UHGV virus genome: UHGV-1457062
Length of the DNA stretch: 46,041 bases
Origin: a virus
Strand: one strand, 5' to 3'
Within the stretch, counting starts at the first letter, position 1; every line of letters starts with the position of its first letter. The notes below the pieces were generated by a model. It worked only from the letters and a program-made list of their open reading frames with translations, did no database searches and had not been told where the DNA came from. The position numbers and the translations under genes were made by a program. Below are positions 29,062 to 40,530 of the stretch, one piece after another.

Positions 29062-30473
29062 CATTCCACCGTAAATTGAATGCCTGATTTTGAGGTATAT
29101 GATCCAACCTGATTCGGTGTTTCTCCTGAAGGTGTCGAATCTTGCGCTGGTGCTGCGTCAGTATTCATTGACATATACCGCTTAACGGCACTCCCCAATG
29201 ATTCACCTTTTTTAACATCCAACCCCAATATCTGACCGCCATTACGCGATTGTCCAGGGTTGCCATTCGCGCTCATCCACTCGGCTTTAAATTCATTAAA
29301 CTGCGCGTTTCGTCGCTCAAGGTTTGCCATTGCATCAAGCCATCTTGCGACCGTCTCAGGGTTATCCATGTCAGTTGGCGCACCCTGTCGAACGATCTCA
29401 ACGTCTTTATCCGTTGCTGGGCCGGGAGGTAGGAATTTAAGAACCTGACTGTTAACAAGGGCATTTTGGCGGATGCGCAAATCACGCAATGTCGTATCGC
29501 TTCCGGTAAGTTTTGCGAACATGTTCTGTGCGTTACCGAACAAACCTGTCGTTGGTTTTTCTGCTCTGAACTGTTGAGCAAGCGCACTCATAGAATTGGC
29601 TGAGTTTGATGATGCTGTGGCATTGTTTACAGCCGTCTCGATGCCTTTTTCCATGTTTACTGACAGCTTAGGTGCTTCACTAATCAACTGCTGAGCCTTT
29701 TCCTGCGCTTGCTGCATCTTAAACCCGAACTCTTGCTGATCCAGAGCCAAGCGTTGTGCTGCGATATTGTGCCCAGTCATTGCTGACTGATAGGAAAGGT
29801 TTTGCCCTCTCGCCTGAAGTGCTTCACCAGCCTGATTGCTGCGGATTGTCTCTGCCAGCCTGCCTCGGTCAATTTCACGACCAGCCATCTTGTCCTGAAC
29901 ATTGAAGTAATCAATCGGACCAAGAGCAACCATCCCAAGGTGATCAACAAACTCACCAAATCCTGAAGGATTCTGCTGATACATCTGAGCAACGTTATTA
30001 GGGTCAACACCGACGCGAGTCAGTTCCTTGGCGTTGTTTTGCAGCCATGATTGCATTGCTTCTGGAGACGAGGCCGCAAGGCGTGCGCCAGCCGCTAAGG
30101 TTCCTATAGAATTGCGCTGGTCTTCGTCTGCCCACTTCATACCAGACTGAATCTTCTCTAATTGACCAGGATATTTTGTCATCAGATCTCGAACCTGCTG
30201 TCGATCACCTGATTGAATAGCAGAAGCATAATCCTTTCTGAATGCTGCCTCTTGCTTCTGCTGATCATATTGCTGCAATCCTTGCATTGTGCTTGTTATT
30301 CCCTGCAGAGCCTGCAGACCGATATTGTTGCGACCAAGCCTGGCATCCTCATTATTCTGACGAATGTAAGCCAGTGTCTCATTTACATCACTCGCCTTTG
30401 GCGCATTCTCATTTTGCGCACCAATTCCAGCCAGAAAACCACCGGAGTTGATGCTCTGTTGCCAAGTTGCCAC
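29061..30473 (-). CDS. DNA injection protein, P22 gp20 homologue
   Basis: 470 aa (P22 gp20 471 aa); synteny. Confidence 0.75.
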   Translation of the reverse strand: MATWQQSINSGGFLAGIGAQNENAPKASDVNETLAYIRQNNEDARLGRNNIGLQALQGITSTMQGLQQYDQQKQEAAFRKDYASAIQSGDRQQVRDLMTKYPGQLEKIQSGMKWADEDQRNSIGTLAAGARLAASSPEAMQSWLQNNAKELTRVGVDPNNVAQMYQQNPSGFGEFVDHLGMVALGPIDYFNVQDKMAGREIDRGRLAETIRSNQAGEALQARGQNLSYQSAMTGHNIAAQRLALDQQEFGFKMQQAQEKAQQLISEAPKLSVNMEKGIETAVNNATASSNSANSMSALAQQFRAEKPTTGLFGNAQNMFAKLTGSDTTLRDLRIRQNALVNSQVLKFLPPGPATDKDVEIVRQGAPTDMDNPETVARWLDAMANLERRNAQFNEFKAEWMSANGNPGQSRNGGQILGLDVKKGESLGSAVKRYMSMNTDAAPAQDSTPSGETPNQVGSYTSKSGIQFTVE

Positions 30474-30485
30474 TGTTCACCTCCA

Positions 30486-31142
30486 TCAGTAAAGAAGAGA
30501 GCCGAGAGCACCTACACCTGCACCAATTGCCGCTCCCCATGGACCACCAACACTGCCACCAATAGCAGCACCAGAACCTATTCCACCAATCAATTTCTGA
30601 CCCGTAGATGGTCGGTTGGCATTTGCTGCGACTGCCGCTGCCTGCTGTTGATACAACTGACTGGCATTGTTTGCATAGGTCTGCCCGGCATTTGCCTGAC
30701 CTGTAAGAGCACCAAGGCCGATATTTGCCAGATTGTTGTAGTTGTTCATCTGACCTGACAGCCAGTTTTGACCGAGTGTAGGTGCGATTGATGCTAACTG
30801 GTTTCCTGTTGCTGTAGAGCCTAATCCACCCGTTGCCTCTGCTGCTGCCAGACTCTGGTAACGCGCCTGACCAGCAAGGTCTTTGTACTGCTGAGAGTTG
30901 TAATACTGGTTAAGCGCCTGACCTTGCCCCTGAAGAGAGGAAAGATTCTGCAACTGTGATACGTACTGCTGAGCGAGTGGCGTGAACGGTGCAAGGTTCT
31001 GCATGTTCGTTTGCCACATTTCGCGTTGCAATTCGATACCCTTTTCAGTTGCGCGTGCCTGGGCTTTTGAACCGCCATCACTGCCGCCTTTGCAGTAAAC
31101 AGCTTTGCTGAGGTGCTTATTGGCAATCTGGAAAATTAACAT
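30486..31142 (-). CDS. DNA injection protein, P22 gp7 homologue
   Basis: 218 aa, Gly/Gln-rich; synteny. Confidence 0.6.
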   Translation of the reverse strand: MLIFQIANKHLSKAVYCKGGSDGGSKAQARATEKGIELQREMWQTNMQNLAPFTPLAQQYVSQLQNLSSLQGQGQALNQYYNSQQYKDLAGQARYQSLAAAEATGGLGSTATGNQLASIAPTLGQNWLSGQMNNYNNLANIGLGALTGQANAGQTYANNASQLYQQQAAAVAANANRPSTGQKLIGGIGSGAAIGGSVGGPWGAAIGAGVGALGSLLY

Positions 31143-31599
31143 TCTTTAGCTCCTCGTATTTTGAGCGCGGTAACTGATAAATCGTGATGCCTACAGGCTT
31201 TCCATTGCTGGTATAAGCATCATCAAGGTGACCAACACGGGTAGCGCCAAGCAAACGGATAATTGCCCGTCCGTATTTCGTTGTGTCAGGAACCATGGTA
31301 ATGCTGTTAAGGAATGGTGAGTTTTCGAGAAGCCATTTGCAGAATAATCGATGCCCTTGCAGTGCATATTCTCCACGGAATCCGGGGTCATACACCGCAT
31401 GGCATTCAACAACGCTATGCCAGAAGTTACGCACTTCATGAACGCCAGCCAGCACTAATCCTTCGTAGATGCCGAGATATACCGCATCAGGCTTGATGTA
31501 GTATTTGTCTCCACTATCTACGATATTTCCCGTGTTTGCCGGGTTGTTGAGGAATTCTGCAAGCTTCACCGGATTATCGATGAGCTTTATTTCCATCAC
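31117..31599 (-). CDS. head assembly/ejection-associated protein, P22 gp14 homologue
   Basis: 160 aa; synteny between gp26 and gp7. Confidence 0.6.
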   Translation of the reverse strand: MMEIKLIDNPVKLAEFLNNPANTGNIVDSGDKYYIKPDAVYLGIYEGLVLAGVHEVRNFWHSVVECHAVYDPGFRGEYALQGHRLFCKWLLENSPFLNSITMVPDTTKYGRAIIRLLGATRVGHLDDAYTSNGKPVGITIYQLPRSKYEELKNVNFPDCQ

Positions 31600-32549
31600 T
31601 GCTCCGCAATGATTTTGATGGTTGTGGCAGTAAACGCCGCACCATTTGACTGAATGGTTAACGTACTGCCATTTGTGGCAAGAAAGCCGTCTTTATCCAC
31701 GCTGAAGAACGTAGCTAACAGAATGTTATCGGTTGTTGTCGCCGAGTTGCGACTGCTTACCAGTGTGTCAGGAACAGAGCCGGAAAAGGTTAGCTGCATT
31801 GACCTGTTGGCGGTTCCGCTGGGCCACGTCCCGACGATCGACAGTTTGAAGAACAGGGTTTTGTTCTCGTTGAACACAACCATCTTGTTGTTAACGGTGT
31901 CGAAGAATGGTGCCAACGTGCCGGATGACGGCGTGAGCGTTTTCAGCAGGCTAACAAGGTTGGTAGGCGCTGTCGGAATTGTTACCGATACCCCTGAGTA
32001 AACAACCTCTGATTTCTTGCGCGTGGTGGCATACTCAAGCGCAGATATTCTTGTTGAGTGATCACCAACTGTGCTTTGTAGCGTCGAAATACTTCCCTCT
32101 GCCGCTGTGAGCCTGGTATCAAGTGCGTCGATATCAGTTGTATTCTGAGTTATGCGCGCATCATGGTTTGCTAACTCAGATTCATTGGCAGCAATTCGCG
32201 TCTCGTGATCAGCCAGCTCTGTTTCAGCAGCCGTAATCCTTGTTTCATGATCTGCAAGAGTGCTTTCCGCTGCTGCAATTCTATGTTCATGATTGATGAG
32301 AGTTGCTTCAGCAGCTTCAATTCTGGATTCATGGTCTGCAAGGGTGACATCCTGCTCATCGTTCCTGACTTGTGCGTCATAAGCGCCCTGTCCGGCCTCG
32401 TTGGCCTTGTTCGCCACGTTACCAACATCAGTACCCTGTGCGATAACGTACAACAGATATGACTGCGAGAAGATATTGCGTGGAAGGACTGATGTGTCGA
32501 GCCGTGTAGTCTGAATGATTACCGGCACATTGAGATTCGAATCAGCCAT
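31596..32549 (-). CDS. tail needle protein (P22 gp26-like) with C-terminal knob
   Basis: Trimeric coiled-coil heptads LADHETRI repeated 4 times; 317 aa suggests a knob extension. Confidence 0.8.
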   Translation of the reverse strand: MADSNLNVPVIIQTTRLDTSVLPRNIFSQSYLLYVIAQGTDVGNVANKANEAGQGAYDAQVRNDEQDVTLADHESRIEAAEATLINHEHRIAAAESTLADHETRITAAETELADHETRIAANESELANHDARITQNTTDIDALDTRLTAAEGSISTLQSTVGDHSTRISALEYATTRKKSEVVYSGVSVTIPTAPTNLVSLLKTLTPSSGTLAPFFDTVNNKMVVFNENKTLFFKLSIVGTWPSGTANRSMQLTFSGSVPDTLVSSRNSATTTDNILLATFFSVDKDGFLATNGSTLTIQSNGAAFTATTIKIIAEQ

Positions 32550-33967
32550 TACTCAATCCTTATCTGGAAGCCTGACAGAGTGACAGGTGACTTCGTGATA
32601 ACTCGCAATTTGAAGCCAACATTTTTCCTGATGCGCCCGACTCGCTTCCACAAAACGCGTTTGTCGTAAACGAACGGTTCATTCTGCTCAATCATCTGCT
32701 CACGTCCGTAATTGATGCCGTCAGTGGTTGCAGAGAGAAAAAGGCGGTCGGCGTACTGCGCAACGCCAGTTGACGATTCAACTTCAAGGTCGAAAACTCT
32801 GGCGTTATCCGCTTTGAACAACGGAGTAAACAGCAGGTGTTCCTGTTGCTTGTCGTACTGGCTGCTGATATCGAATTGCAGTTTCCCGGTAACAGATTCC
32901 AGCTTATCGCCGCACGTTATCTGATTGCCTTCGTAAATGAAGTCGATAGCGCGGTACACATCGTCATACAGACCTGTTTTCAGTACACACCATTGCGGAC
33001 CATTGGCGCTTGAAGATGCGTCGTACACCAGAACATGGCGCGGAAGATGGATAATCAGCAGCTCATGCGCATCAAATCGCAACGATTCCATCACGCCATC
33101 AGCCAGTTCATCAGCAGTGTAGGAGCGTAGTATTTTCTCAATGCTCGCGCTGGCGATTGGTGATACCTGACCGGAACCGATGATGTACACAGACGGCGCA
33201 CCTGTTGCCGGATTGCTGATGAACGCATACGAATCAGCAAACGGCGTTTTGCAGTAAGTTCCGGCAATCCCTTTCTGCACCATCAGTGATGGCTGTGCGA
33301 CATACAAAGCGGCACCAACGGTGGTTGCACCAGTCAGGGAGAAATATTCAATCGTCGATGAACCAAAGCAGACGATGAAGTCTCGCCATGTACCTATGCC
33401 GATGATGCCGTCCGGCTGCGATTCTGCGCGATATTGTGCGCTGTAACGGTCAGGATGCGATTCGTCTTCAAGGTCAGTGATAAACCATGAATCCGTGCCG
33501 TCTTTTGACCACGCATAACGCCCACGTAAGCGTGTAATGTCGCGGACTGAACCTAACTCATACTGAGTGAATCCGCTGTCTGTAGGCCAGTTTGAGACGG
33601 TTTTAACCGTGCCATCATAGCGATACTCGACCAGTTGACCATTAACGCCTACCGCCTGTGATGTCCGACCATGCGCCATTGATACACGACCACTTCCGGC
33701 AACATCACCGACTTCGCTTTCGCCCTTATACAGCTTGCCCCCGCACACGCGATAAACAGCACTCTGCGCCATGTTGTACTCGACGCCGCGAGATACGCCG
33801 TTCACATCAGAGCGTTTGGCAATGCCCGGGAATGAGCGAAGATATCCGCTGCTGTTAAGGATTTCTTTGGGTGTAGCCAGCATATTCACTGGCAGATAGT
33901 CGATATAGTCGGCGTTTCGAAAGTCTTTGCCGACACCTTTCATAAGCGGAAGTTGCTGAATCGGCAT
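32549..33967 (-). CDS. tail accessory factor, P22 gp10 homologue
   Basis: 472 aa, same size as P22 gp10; synteny. Confidence 0.75.
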   Translation of the reverse strand: MPIQQLPLMKGVGKDFRNADYIDYLPVNMLATPKEILNSSGYLRSFPGIAKRSDVNGVSRGVEYNMAQSAVYRVCGGKLYKGESEVGDVAGSGRVSMAHGRTSQAVGVNGQLVEYRYDGTVKTVSNWPTDSGFTQYELGSVRDITRLRGRYAWSKDGTDSWFITDLEDESHPDRYSAQYRAESQPDGIIGIGTWRDFIVCFGSSTIEYFSLTGATTVGAALYVAQPSLMVQKGIAGTYCKTPFADSYAFISNPATGAPSVYIIGSGQVSPIASASIEKILRSYTADELADGVMESLRFDAHELLIIHLPRHVLVYDASSSANGPQWCVLKTGLYDDVYRAIDFIYEGNQITCGDKLESVTGKLQFDISSQYDKQQEHLLFTPLFKADNARVFDLEVESSTGVAQYADRLFLSATTDGINYGREQMIEQNEPFVYDKRVLWKRVGRIRKNVGFKLRVITKSPVTLSGFQIRIE

Positions 33968-33976
33968 TTATTCACC

Positions 33977-34438
33977 TCACGTACTCGGATCATCTTTCTC
34001 GATGTAAAACCGATTCCACGTAAACGCGCTTTTTAACCCCGCCCCGCGAGGCATGTCATTTCGTCGCTCAAGTGGTGGTATTTTGGTTAAAGCGATACAG
34101 ATTGTTTGATATGCACTGTCAGCAGCGGTAAGGAGAGCGTCTGACGGCTGAATGACGTTATCCATGCACACTTGCACAGCGAGTTTCAAAGCGACGCCAT
34201 CATTTGCCCATGCAGGGATACCTGAATCATCGTCAGGTAACGGCATGATGCCGTTTTCTGTATCAGCAAACTGATATCCAAGCTCGATACCTTTAGCCTG
34301 CCATGCTGCCATCATGTCTTCGAGGTCATTAATGGCATCTTCAATTGCCTGAGGGTCAGCATCTGTCAACGTGGCATTGGAATACAGCCCGGCTTTTCGT
34401 AAAGCCTTTAGAACGAGATCACCCTTCGTTTTCGCCAT
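33977..34438 (-). CDS. tail accessory factor, P22 gp4 homologue
   Basis: 153 aa; synteny downstream of coat. Confidence 0.7.
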   Translation of the reverse strand: MAKTKGDLVLKALRKAGLYSNATLTDADPQAIEDAINDLEDMMAAWQAKGIELGYQFADTENGIMPLPDDDSGIPAWANDGVALKLAVQVCMDNVIQPSDALLTAADSAYQTICIALTKIPPLERRNDMPRGAGLKSAFTWNRFYIEKDDPST

Positions 34439-34607
34439 CTTCTTCCGCCTTAGCCACTTTTTGCTTCGTTGCGGTTTCTTCAGGAGTTTTTACCCAGCCT
34501 TTTTTCAGGTGAGATTTAACTTCTTCGTCATCAACGATGATGTAATCCAGCGAGTGGGGGCCGCAGGTGATCATCGATCCCGGCTTATAAAGCATGATTT
34601 GAGACAT
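34419..34607 (-). CDS. hypothetical small protein (62 aa)
   Basis: ORF track 34419-34775; internal ATG at 34607 (MSQIMLYKPG...) with GGAG RBS. Confidence 0.4.
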   Translation of the reverse strand: MSQIMLYKPGSMITCGPHSLDYIIVDDEEVKSHLKKGWVKTPEETATKQKVAKAEEDGENEG

Positions 34608-34616
34608 TTCGATCTC

Positions 34617-34646
34617 CAAAAAAAAAGAGGGGCCGAAGCCCCTTGG
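34617..34646 (-). terminator. rho-independent terminator after coat gene
   Basis: On minus strand aggggcttcggcccct hairpin followed by TTTTTTTT, directly 3' of the coat stop. Confidence 0.65.
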
Positions 34647-34647
34647 A

Positions 34648-35907
34648 TTACTGGTTAGCCAGTACCAGGCCGGTGAATTCCGGGACCAGTACGCTTGCGC
34701 CAGCCAGCGTGGTGAAGCGAGTCCACGTTTTGCCAGATTTAGCGTCGAACTGGTAAGCCATGATGATGGTCGCACCCTGCTCGGTCCTTGCGGTCATAAC
34801 CTGCGGACCCTGGCCGGTAGGGAATGCCAACTTGCCATACATCAGCTCAACAGAACCCTCAGCGAAGAAGATGTTGGAAGCCGCAGCCTTCTTGTTGAGG
34901 ATGGTGATCGCCGCGTTTGCCACCGGATTGGCGGTAACGTTCTGGTAAGGAATAGACGCCTTATCCTCGTTGTCTGGTGGCAGAATTTTCGGGCTGATGG
35001 TAACGGTAGTGCCATTTACTGCCAGGACGCGGAATACCTGCGGCTTACCTGTATCCACCTTCTTGATCATGTGGACACTGTTAACGCCTGCGATAGTGAA
35101 TGCATCGCCGACAGCCAGTACGCCAGCAGTGGATACGGTGATGTCACCCTGGCGGTTATCGGTAGGCGCGCCGTTGGAATCCATCGCGGTAACTTTGTGT
35201 TTTACTGCGCCGCCGAGAGTTACAGCGGTAGCTGAACCAGCCTTCATTGCGCCAGCATAATCAACGCGGAAACTGTCGAAGGATGCCACAGGTGGAATCT
35301 GAGCTTTCTCATAGGCTGTCAGAGTTGCACCGACCGCATATGCGCGAGAGCCAAGCTCCTTAGCCAGGTCTTTGTAGTTGAACGGGTTGTAGAACGCCTT
35401 GCGCTGACCACCCTGAGGCACACCAATGGACAGCATCATTGCATCAACGTCAGCCGATGCGTTCCAGAGTTCTTCGCCGAGAGTGCTACCGGTGGACGCC
35501 GATTTAATGGTGACCACGTTGGTGGAGCGAGCGACCACCTCATCGACGATCATGTTATCAACCCACGCCGCCAACTGGCGACCCGCCGCCTTGCCAGCCT
35601 GCTCTTTGTGCCACGGATCGCGCATTTCTTTTGCGTCCAGTTCGTAGATGACGTTCTCTGGCTCGCGGAAGCGAGCAGGCACCTGACGCTGAACGAGTGA
35701 GTTTGCAGTGGCCGAAGTCAGATCAAGTCCGCTCACGGTTTTCAGGTGGTAGCCCTGAGGGCGATAAACAACGTCGCCAGCGCGCTGCATTTCAATGTCG
35801 CCCGGTCGGAACTTGCTGCACTCGCGGGAAACGACATTGGACGCCTCAAAACTATCAATGACGCTCTCAAAGAGGATTTCGAGGTCTTTTGTTAACTGGT
35901 TAGACAT
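34648..35907 (-). CDS. major capsid (coat) protein
   Basis: 419 aa in gene-5 position between scaffold and gp4; followed by strong terminator; differs from P22 coat sequence. Confidence 0.8.
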   Translation of the reverse strand: MSNQLTKDLEILFESVIDSFEASNVVSRECSKFRPGDIEMQRAGDVVYRPQGYHLKTVSGLDLTSATANSLVQRQVPARFREPENVIYELDAKEMRDPWHKEQAGKAAGRQLAAWVDNMIVDEVVARSTNVVTIKSASTGSTLGEELWNASADVDAMMLSIGVPQGGQRKAFYNPFNYKDLAKELGSRAYAVGATLTAYEKAQIPPVASFDSFRVDYAGAMKAGSATAVTLGGAVKHKVTAMDSNGAPTDNRQGDITVSTAGVLAVGDAFTIAGVNSVHMIKKVDTGKPQVFRVLAVNGTTVTISPKILPPDNEDKASIPYQNVTANPVANAAITILNKKAAASNIFFAEGSVELMYGKLAFPTGQGPQVMTARTEQGATIIMAYQFDAKSGKTWTRFTTLAGASVLVPEFTGLVLANQ

Positions 35908-35927
35908 AGGTATTTAGCTCCGATGGA

Positions 35928-36824
35928 TTATTTTTTAGCTTTGTTCTTCGCCGCCCGGTATTCGGTGTAATCACCGGTGTCGCGCGCTTTTTCGAGAAGT
36001 TTGTCGAGGTTATTGATTACTGCGCCGTTGCTCCCCTTAACTGTCGGGGTTGTGGCTGCCGTGGTTTTTGCTTTTGGCATGATTCTGGCCTTCGATTCGA
36101 TACGTTCCAGCAGACGACCAATTGCTACGGGGTTGGTAGCTTCTGCCAGTTGCTTGCGCAGTTCAGCGTTGCGACCGAGTGCCAGAACAACGATTTCCGG
36201 CTTCTCTGACTCAAGAAGGATCATGTCCTGAATGTGAACAGGAACATCTTCGCGTACAGCCTGCTCTGCATCCTGGTAACCAGCCACTTTCAGTGCTTTT
36301 ACTCTATGCATGTAATTGGCTGCTTTCTGCTGAAGCGTTGCGGTACGCGCCTCTTCCTCTCGTTTCCGCTCTCGTACTTGCTCCTGGTATTTGCCGTTAT
36401 CCTCTGCCCACTTAGCCATGCGTTGCTGATAGATTTCTTCATCGAAACCGATGTCCTCATCATCCAGTTTTGGCATTCGCGGTGGTTGAGTGATTACCGG
36501 CTGCTGCTCGACGGGTTTCTGAGACTGACGCATCAGCTCTTTCAGCTCACGGTCTTTCTCTTTAATCGTCTTGCGCAGGTGTTTTACCAGTCCATGCTCT
36601 GCGCCATCTTCGCTGGTTGGCGAATCCAGCTTTTCGTCACCAAAGTAGAATTCCTGTTCTGATTCGTCGTTATCAGTTTCAGTAGCTTCCTCTGCATCAT
36701 TGCCGGAGAACTCACTGCCATCTTCTGTTTCGACTTCTTCAGCCAGTTCGACATCATCAGGAATCTGCTCTGACGCGTCGGTTTCGATTTCAACTTCTGG
36801 TGTGTTTTCTGCCATCTGGTCCAT
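35928..36824 (-). CDS. scaffolding protein
   Basis: 298 aa, acidic N-terminus, helical, basic C-terminal tail; gene-8 position. Confidence 0.75.
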   Translation of the reverse strand: MDQMAENTPEVEIETDASEQIPDDVELAEEVETEDGSEFSGNDAEEATETDNDESEQEFYFGDEKLDSPTSEDGAEHGLVKHLRKTIKEKDRELKELMRQSQKPVEQQPVITQPPRMPKLDDEDIGFDEEIYQQRMAKWAEDNGKYQEQVRERKREEEARTATLQQKAANYMHRVKALKVAGYQDAEQAVREDVPVHIQDMILLESEKPEIVVLALGRNAELRKQLAEATNPVAIGRLLERIESKARIMPKAKTTAATTPTVKGSNGAVINNLDKLLEKARDTGDYTEYRAAKNKAKK

Positions 36825-36914
36825 TTGTTACCCCTGTTTACTCGATGTTCAGCCCATCGGAAGGCAATAGGGTGCCAGGCCTCATAAAGACAGCCATTGC
36901 ACGTTATGGGTTAA

Positions 36915-39113
36915 TTACTGCTGTGGTTGTTGCTGGGTTGATTTTTGCAGGATGCTGCTGATGTCCATTCGTTGTGCATGGCCCTGTGCCTGACTTTTCA
37001 GGACAAGCTCTGCATCAGCACGGGCATTATCTCCTTGCTGTTGCTGGAACTGTCCGAGCAGTTTCAGCGCCTCACGGATATCAGATTTTTGCTGGCTATC
37101 GGCAGATGCGAGGATTTTCACAACATTTGCCGCAGCAACCTGAGCATCCGTCTGTGCCTGGAATGCTTTAACCTGAATGGCTGCTTGTTCGTTCTGCGCT
37201 TTCTGCAATTCAGCCTGACCAGCAAGAAGCTGACCTTGCGCAGCAACCATAGCCGGATCTGGCTGACTGGCCTGTTGTTGTTTCGCCTGCTCAACCATCT
37301 GCTGCTCTTCTGGCGTTCTCGGCTTGATAACTCCAGACAGAAGCAACTGATTGCGGTTGTATTCTTTAAGGTCGTCCATCCCTTCGCCGTCCATATTGTC
37401 GAGAATCATCGACGATACAAGGTCGTGCTTCGGCGTTCCTGGTGGGATAAGTGCCAGCATGGAAAGTAACGACTTAACCGTTGCGTCACGGCGAGTAGCG
37501 AACGACTGACCGACATCGACAGTCACTTCATAGTTACCCTGCGAAAGGTCGTTAAGCGCGATAACCTGCCCTGTATGACGGTCAACCACTTCACCAGTCA
37601 TCAGCGCCACGTCATCGCTGCCGTCCTCATTAACGATACGCATCGGCGTATCGCTGCCATAGACTTCACGAGCCATAGAAAGCCACACAACGCCAGCGCG
37701 ACGCATGGATTTAGCCATGTTGTCCATGTAGATATAGGACTGCGTATCCATCCGGTTAAAGATGCTATCAACGGTATCGGTAGCGACGTTGCTCGGCATG
37801 TTCTCAAGCTGCGACGCGCCTGTAATTTGCTGAATAGCCGTTCCGGTGTACTGCAACAGCCCGGCAAGAGCAGGCGGCATTTGTGTCGGAGGTGTCCAGC
37901 CAGCAACCTGAGCTTCTGAAATGACTGTTCCGTTTTTGTCCTTCTTGCTGGTCATAGGAAGAACTGCAGGTCTTTTCTTATTCCTCTCTGCCCAGTGATT
38001 CATTAATGGACCTGGAATGAAATCAACATCCACGATAGGAATGCCATCACCGCCAGCCTGAGTAGCGTTATCTGCAATCATGGAAACCATCAGATTCTCA
38101 AGACGCTGTGCATCCATCGCTTTTGCTGCGTGGCCTTCGATTCGCTCCTGATTATCAACAAATGAACGACGCCCATATACCGGGATGAGAGGAATATGTT
38201 CGCCCGGAATACGCTTAGGTTCTTCCAGCCATTCAGCGCCAGACAGAAGGCCGCAATAAACGCGGCGCTTCTTCACTGTCCGCTCGCCAATCAGTTCGAA
38301 TGCGCCATCGGTCAGCTCGTCGACAATATCTTTGATTTGATCTTCATCATAGATTGCCGTTTCTCCGCTAACAGGGTTACGCCATGCTGTGAGCTTCACC
38401 TTCTCTATGCGAACTTCGTAGTAGCGACCAACATAGATGGCATCTGGCGTTGACCAGTCATATTGAGTGCCAATGTCATCACGAGAAAGGCTTGCCGCGA
38501 TGGAATCAGGGTATTCAGCCTCGAACGCTTTAGGTGTCATGGAGAACATTTCCATAGCCCACATAGCATCAGAACGGTCATATTGCTTGCTGTCCTGATC
38601 GAAGAAGACGCATGTCGCTGGGTCGTAAACAGGAAGAAGGCTGATGCGTCGCTGCTCGTTACTCGGATCCATTTCATCTTCGTAATCGGCACACATGCGG
38701 AAACAACCGAATCCGCCCGTTACAGCATCATCAAATGCGTTATCACACGCTTCGCCACCGGATGTTTCCTGATAGTCAGCGCGGAATTTGCCGTTCATCT
38801 TTTCGGCTAACGCTTCCGATGCCTTATCGTCCTTCGGCCTGAATTTAACGCTGATGCGATTCTGTCGATACTCGCCAATGATGCGATCACATTCACGGGC
38901 AATCTTATTCAGTTCAAAGCGCGGGTAATGCTCAAACCTGCCTTCATCAAATGAGTAACCAGCGTTTGTGCTGCCTTCCCACTGTGCGCCGGACACCCGG
39001 ACGAAACGTTGAGCCTCAATAATTTGCTCACGCATATCCTGCGTTGCTGACCAGGCATTATCAAAGTTGCACAGCACCTTGCGATGCCAGTCAGTCATCT
39101 TTTTTTCTGCCAT
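36915..39113 (-). CDS. portal protein (P22 gp1-like)
   Basis: 732 aa with Gln-rich C-terminal barrel segment; between terminase and scaffold. Confidence 0.9.
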   Translation of the reverse strand: MAEKKMTDWHRKVLCNFDNAWSATQDMREQIIEAQRFVRVSGAQWEGSTNAGYSFDEGRFEHYPRFELNKIARECDRIIGEYRQNRISVKFRPKDDKASEALAEKMNGKFRADYQETSGGEACDNAFDDAVTGGFGCFRMCADYEDEMDPSNEQRRISLLPVYDPATCVFFDQDSKQYDRSDAMWAMEMFSMTPKAFEAEYPDSIAASLSRDDIGTQYDWSTPDAIYVGRYYEVRIEKVKLTAWRNPVSGETAIYDEDQIKDIVDELTDGAFELIGERTVKKRRVYCGLLSGAEWLEEPKRIPGEHIPLIPVYGRRSFVDNQERIEGHAAKAMDAQRLENLMVSMIADNATQAGGDGIPIVDVDFIPGPLMNHWAERNKKRPAVLPMTSKKDKNGTVISEAQVAGWTPPTQMPPALAGLLQYTGTAIQQITGASQLENMPSNVATDTVDSIFNRMDTQSYIYMDNMAKSMRRAGVVWLSMAREVYGSDTPMRIVNEDGSDDVALMTGEVVDRHTGQVIALNDLSQGNYEVTVDVGQSFATRRDATVKSLLSMLALIPPGTPKHDLVSSMILDNMDGEGMDDLKEYNRNQLLLSGVIKPRTPEEQQMVEQAKQQQASQPDPAMVAAQGQLLAGQAELQKAQNEQAAIQVKAFQAQTDAQVAAANVVKILASADSQQKSDIREALKLLGQFQQQQGDNARADAELVLKSQAQGHAQRMDISSILQKSTQQQPQQ

Positions 39114-39114
39114 A

Positions 39115-40530
39115 TCAACCTACACCACAAGGAATTGAGTAACTGGAATAGTCGGGTTGCGCAGCCGACTCCGGGCAATGCATACACATCATCAGCGCAT
39201 CAGCCAGGTTAGGAGATGGAATACCGAGCTTCTGCTTCATTTCGACCTTAGTCATAAGCTCCAGCTTCCCGTTGTTATTGAATTTGCGCTGAATCTGCGT
39301 CAGTTCTGCAAACAGCTTCTCCAGCATCTTCTCGCCTATCGCTTCTTTGTCGAAACTCAGCATGTCGTCGGGGTCTGCATACTCACCGTGGACAACCGCC
39401 CGATATGTCAGATACAGCCTGTCAGACAGTGCGTAATAGAATTGCGCTCGCTTATTGCGGAACACATCACCAATAGTGCGAACGTTGTCGCCCTGTACGA
39501 CTTCATCGGCCCATGCTCCGGCCTGATACGGCGCATCTTCATCAAATGGCGATTCGCTACCCTTGAACATCGTGGCGGTGATTTTCTTGCCGGAGAACGC
39601 TTCCGTTGTCTGTCTGCGTAGGCCCGCACCGACGCCATCACCATCCCACAGGTAATGGTCAGCGCCGTCTTCAATTGCCAGCGAAGTAGCCCAGTCAGCA
39701 CCCTCGTTGATGTCCATCAGCAGACCTTCGGCAATGCGCTTAACTACCGAACCGTGACGCGATGCATAACCTTTAGCATCTGGCCCTGTATCTGATGGGT
39801 CATGCGCAGAGACAACAGCGCCTTTCGCTTTCCATCCGAGTTTCTTGTGCGCATCGGTTGCGGCTTCAAGCCATTCACGTTTGATGATTGCCATATCACT
39901 TGCGCTTACCGGCTCACCAAGCCAGATGTGACGATACAGTGTCGGATTTCTGCGTTTACACTCTTCCATCTCCAGACGGAGAACTTCAGGAAAATGCGGG
40001 TTGTCGGTGTAGTTCACCGTCAGCAGACAAATATCATCGGGAGGATTTACGACGAATCGCTGATAGGTATCGTCGAGGATGTTTTTCGGGTTGAAACTTA
40101 CCCATATTTCAGAGAACGGCTTACGGATGGTTGGAATCAGGATATCCCACGATTCCTTCGTTACCGCCTCCGCTTCTTCCACCCAGCAGATATCAATACC
40201 TTCGAGCGATTTAATCTTCGTCGGGTTGTTTTTTATTCCGTAGAACATGAATTCAGCATTCGTTCCGAGATGACGAATCATTGAACGCTGAATTTCAAAC
40301 TCAGCCGAATATCCTTCACGCTCGATGGTGTCTTCAAGCAACCGGATTACAGAATCGCTGATACTGTTTTGCAGTTCACGAGCGCAGAGTATGCGCACAG
40401 GCTGCCGACGCGCCGCTTCAACAAGCAGTCTCGCAATTGCCCATGACTTACCGCTACCTCGACCGCCTTTGGCGACTTTGTAGCGATGCGCCTCAATGAA
40501 CGGTTCAAAGATAGGATTAATCGAGGTCAT
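39115..40530 (-). CDS. terminase large subunit
   Basis: Walker A KGGRGSGKS near N-terminus; 471 aa; overlaps small subunit stop. Confidence 0.9.
   Translation of the reverse strand: MTSINPIFEPFIEAHRYKVAKGGRGSGKSWAIARLLVEAARRQPVRILCARELQNSISDSVIRLLEDTIEREGYSAEFEIQRSMIRHLGTNAEFMFYGIKNNPTKIKSLEGIDICWVEEAEAVTKESWDILIPTIRKPFSEIWVSFNPKNILDDTYQRFVVNPPDDICLLTVNYTDNPHFPEVLRLEMEECKRRNPTLYRHIWLGEPVSASDMAIIKREWLEAATDAHKKLGWKAKGAVVSAHDPSDTGPDAKGYASRHGSVVKRIAEGLLMDINEGADWATSLAIEDGADHYLWDGDGVGAGLRRQTTEAFSGKKITATMFKGSESPFDEDAPYQAGAWADEVVQGDNVRTIGDVFRNKRAQFYYALSDRLYLTYRAVVHGEYADPDDMLSFDKEAIGEKMLEKLFAELTQIQRKFNNNGKLELMTKVEMKQKLGIPSPNLADALMMCMHCPESAAQPDYSSYSIPCGVG

Noticed and set aside
36179-37469. Plus-strand ORFs within the scaffold and portal genes (36179-36662, 36945-37469)
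   Set aside because: Antisense to well-supported morphogenesis genes; low-complexity translations.
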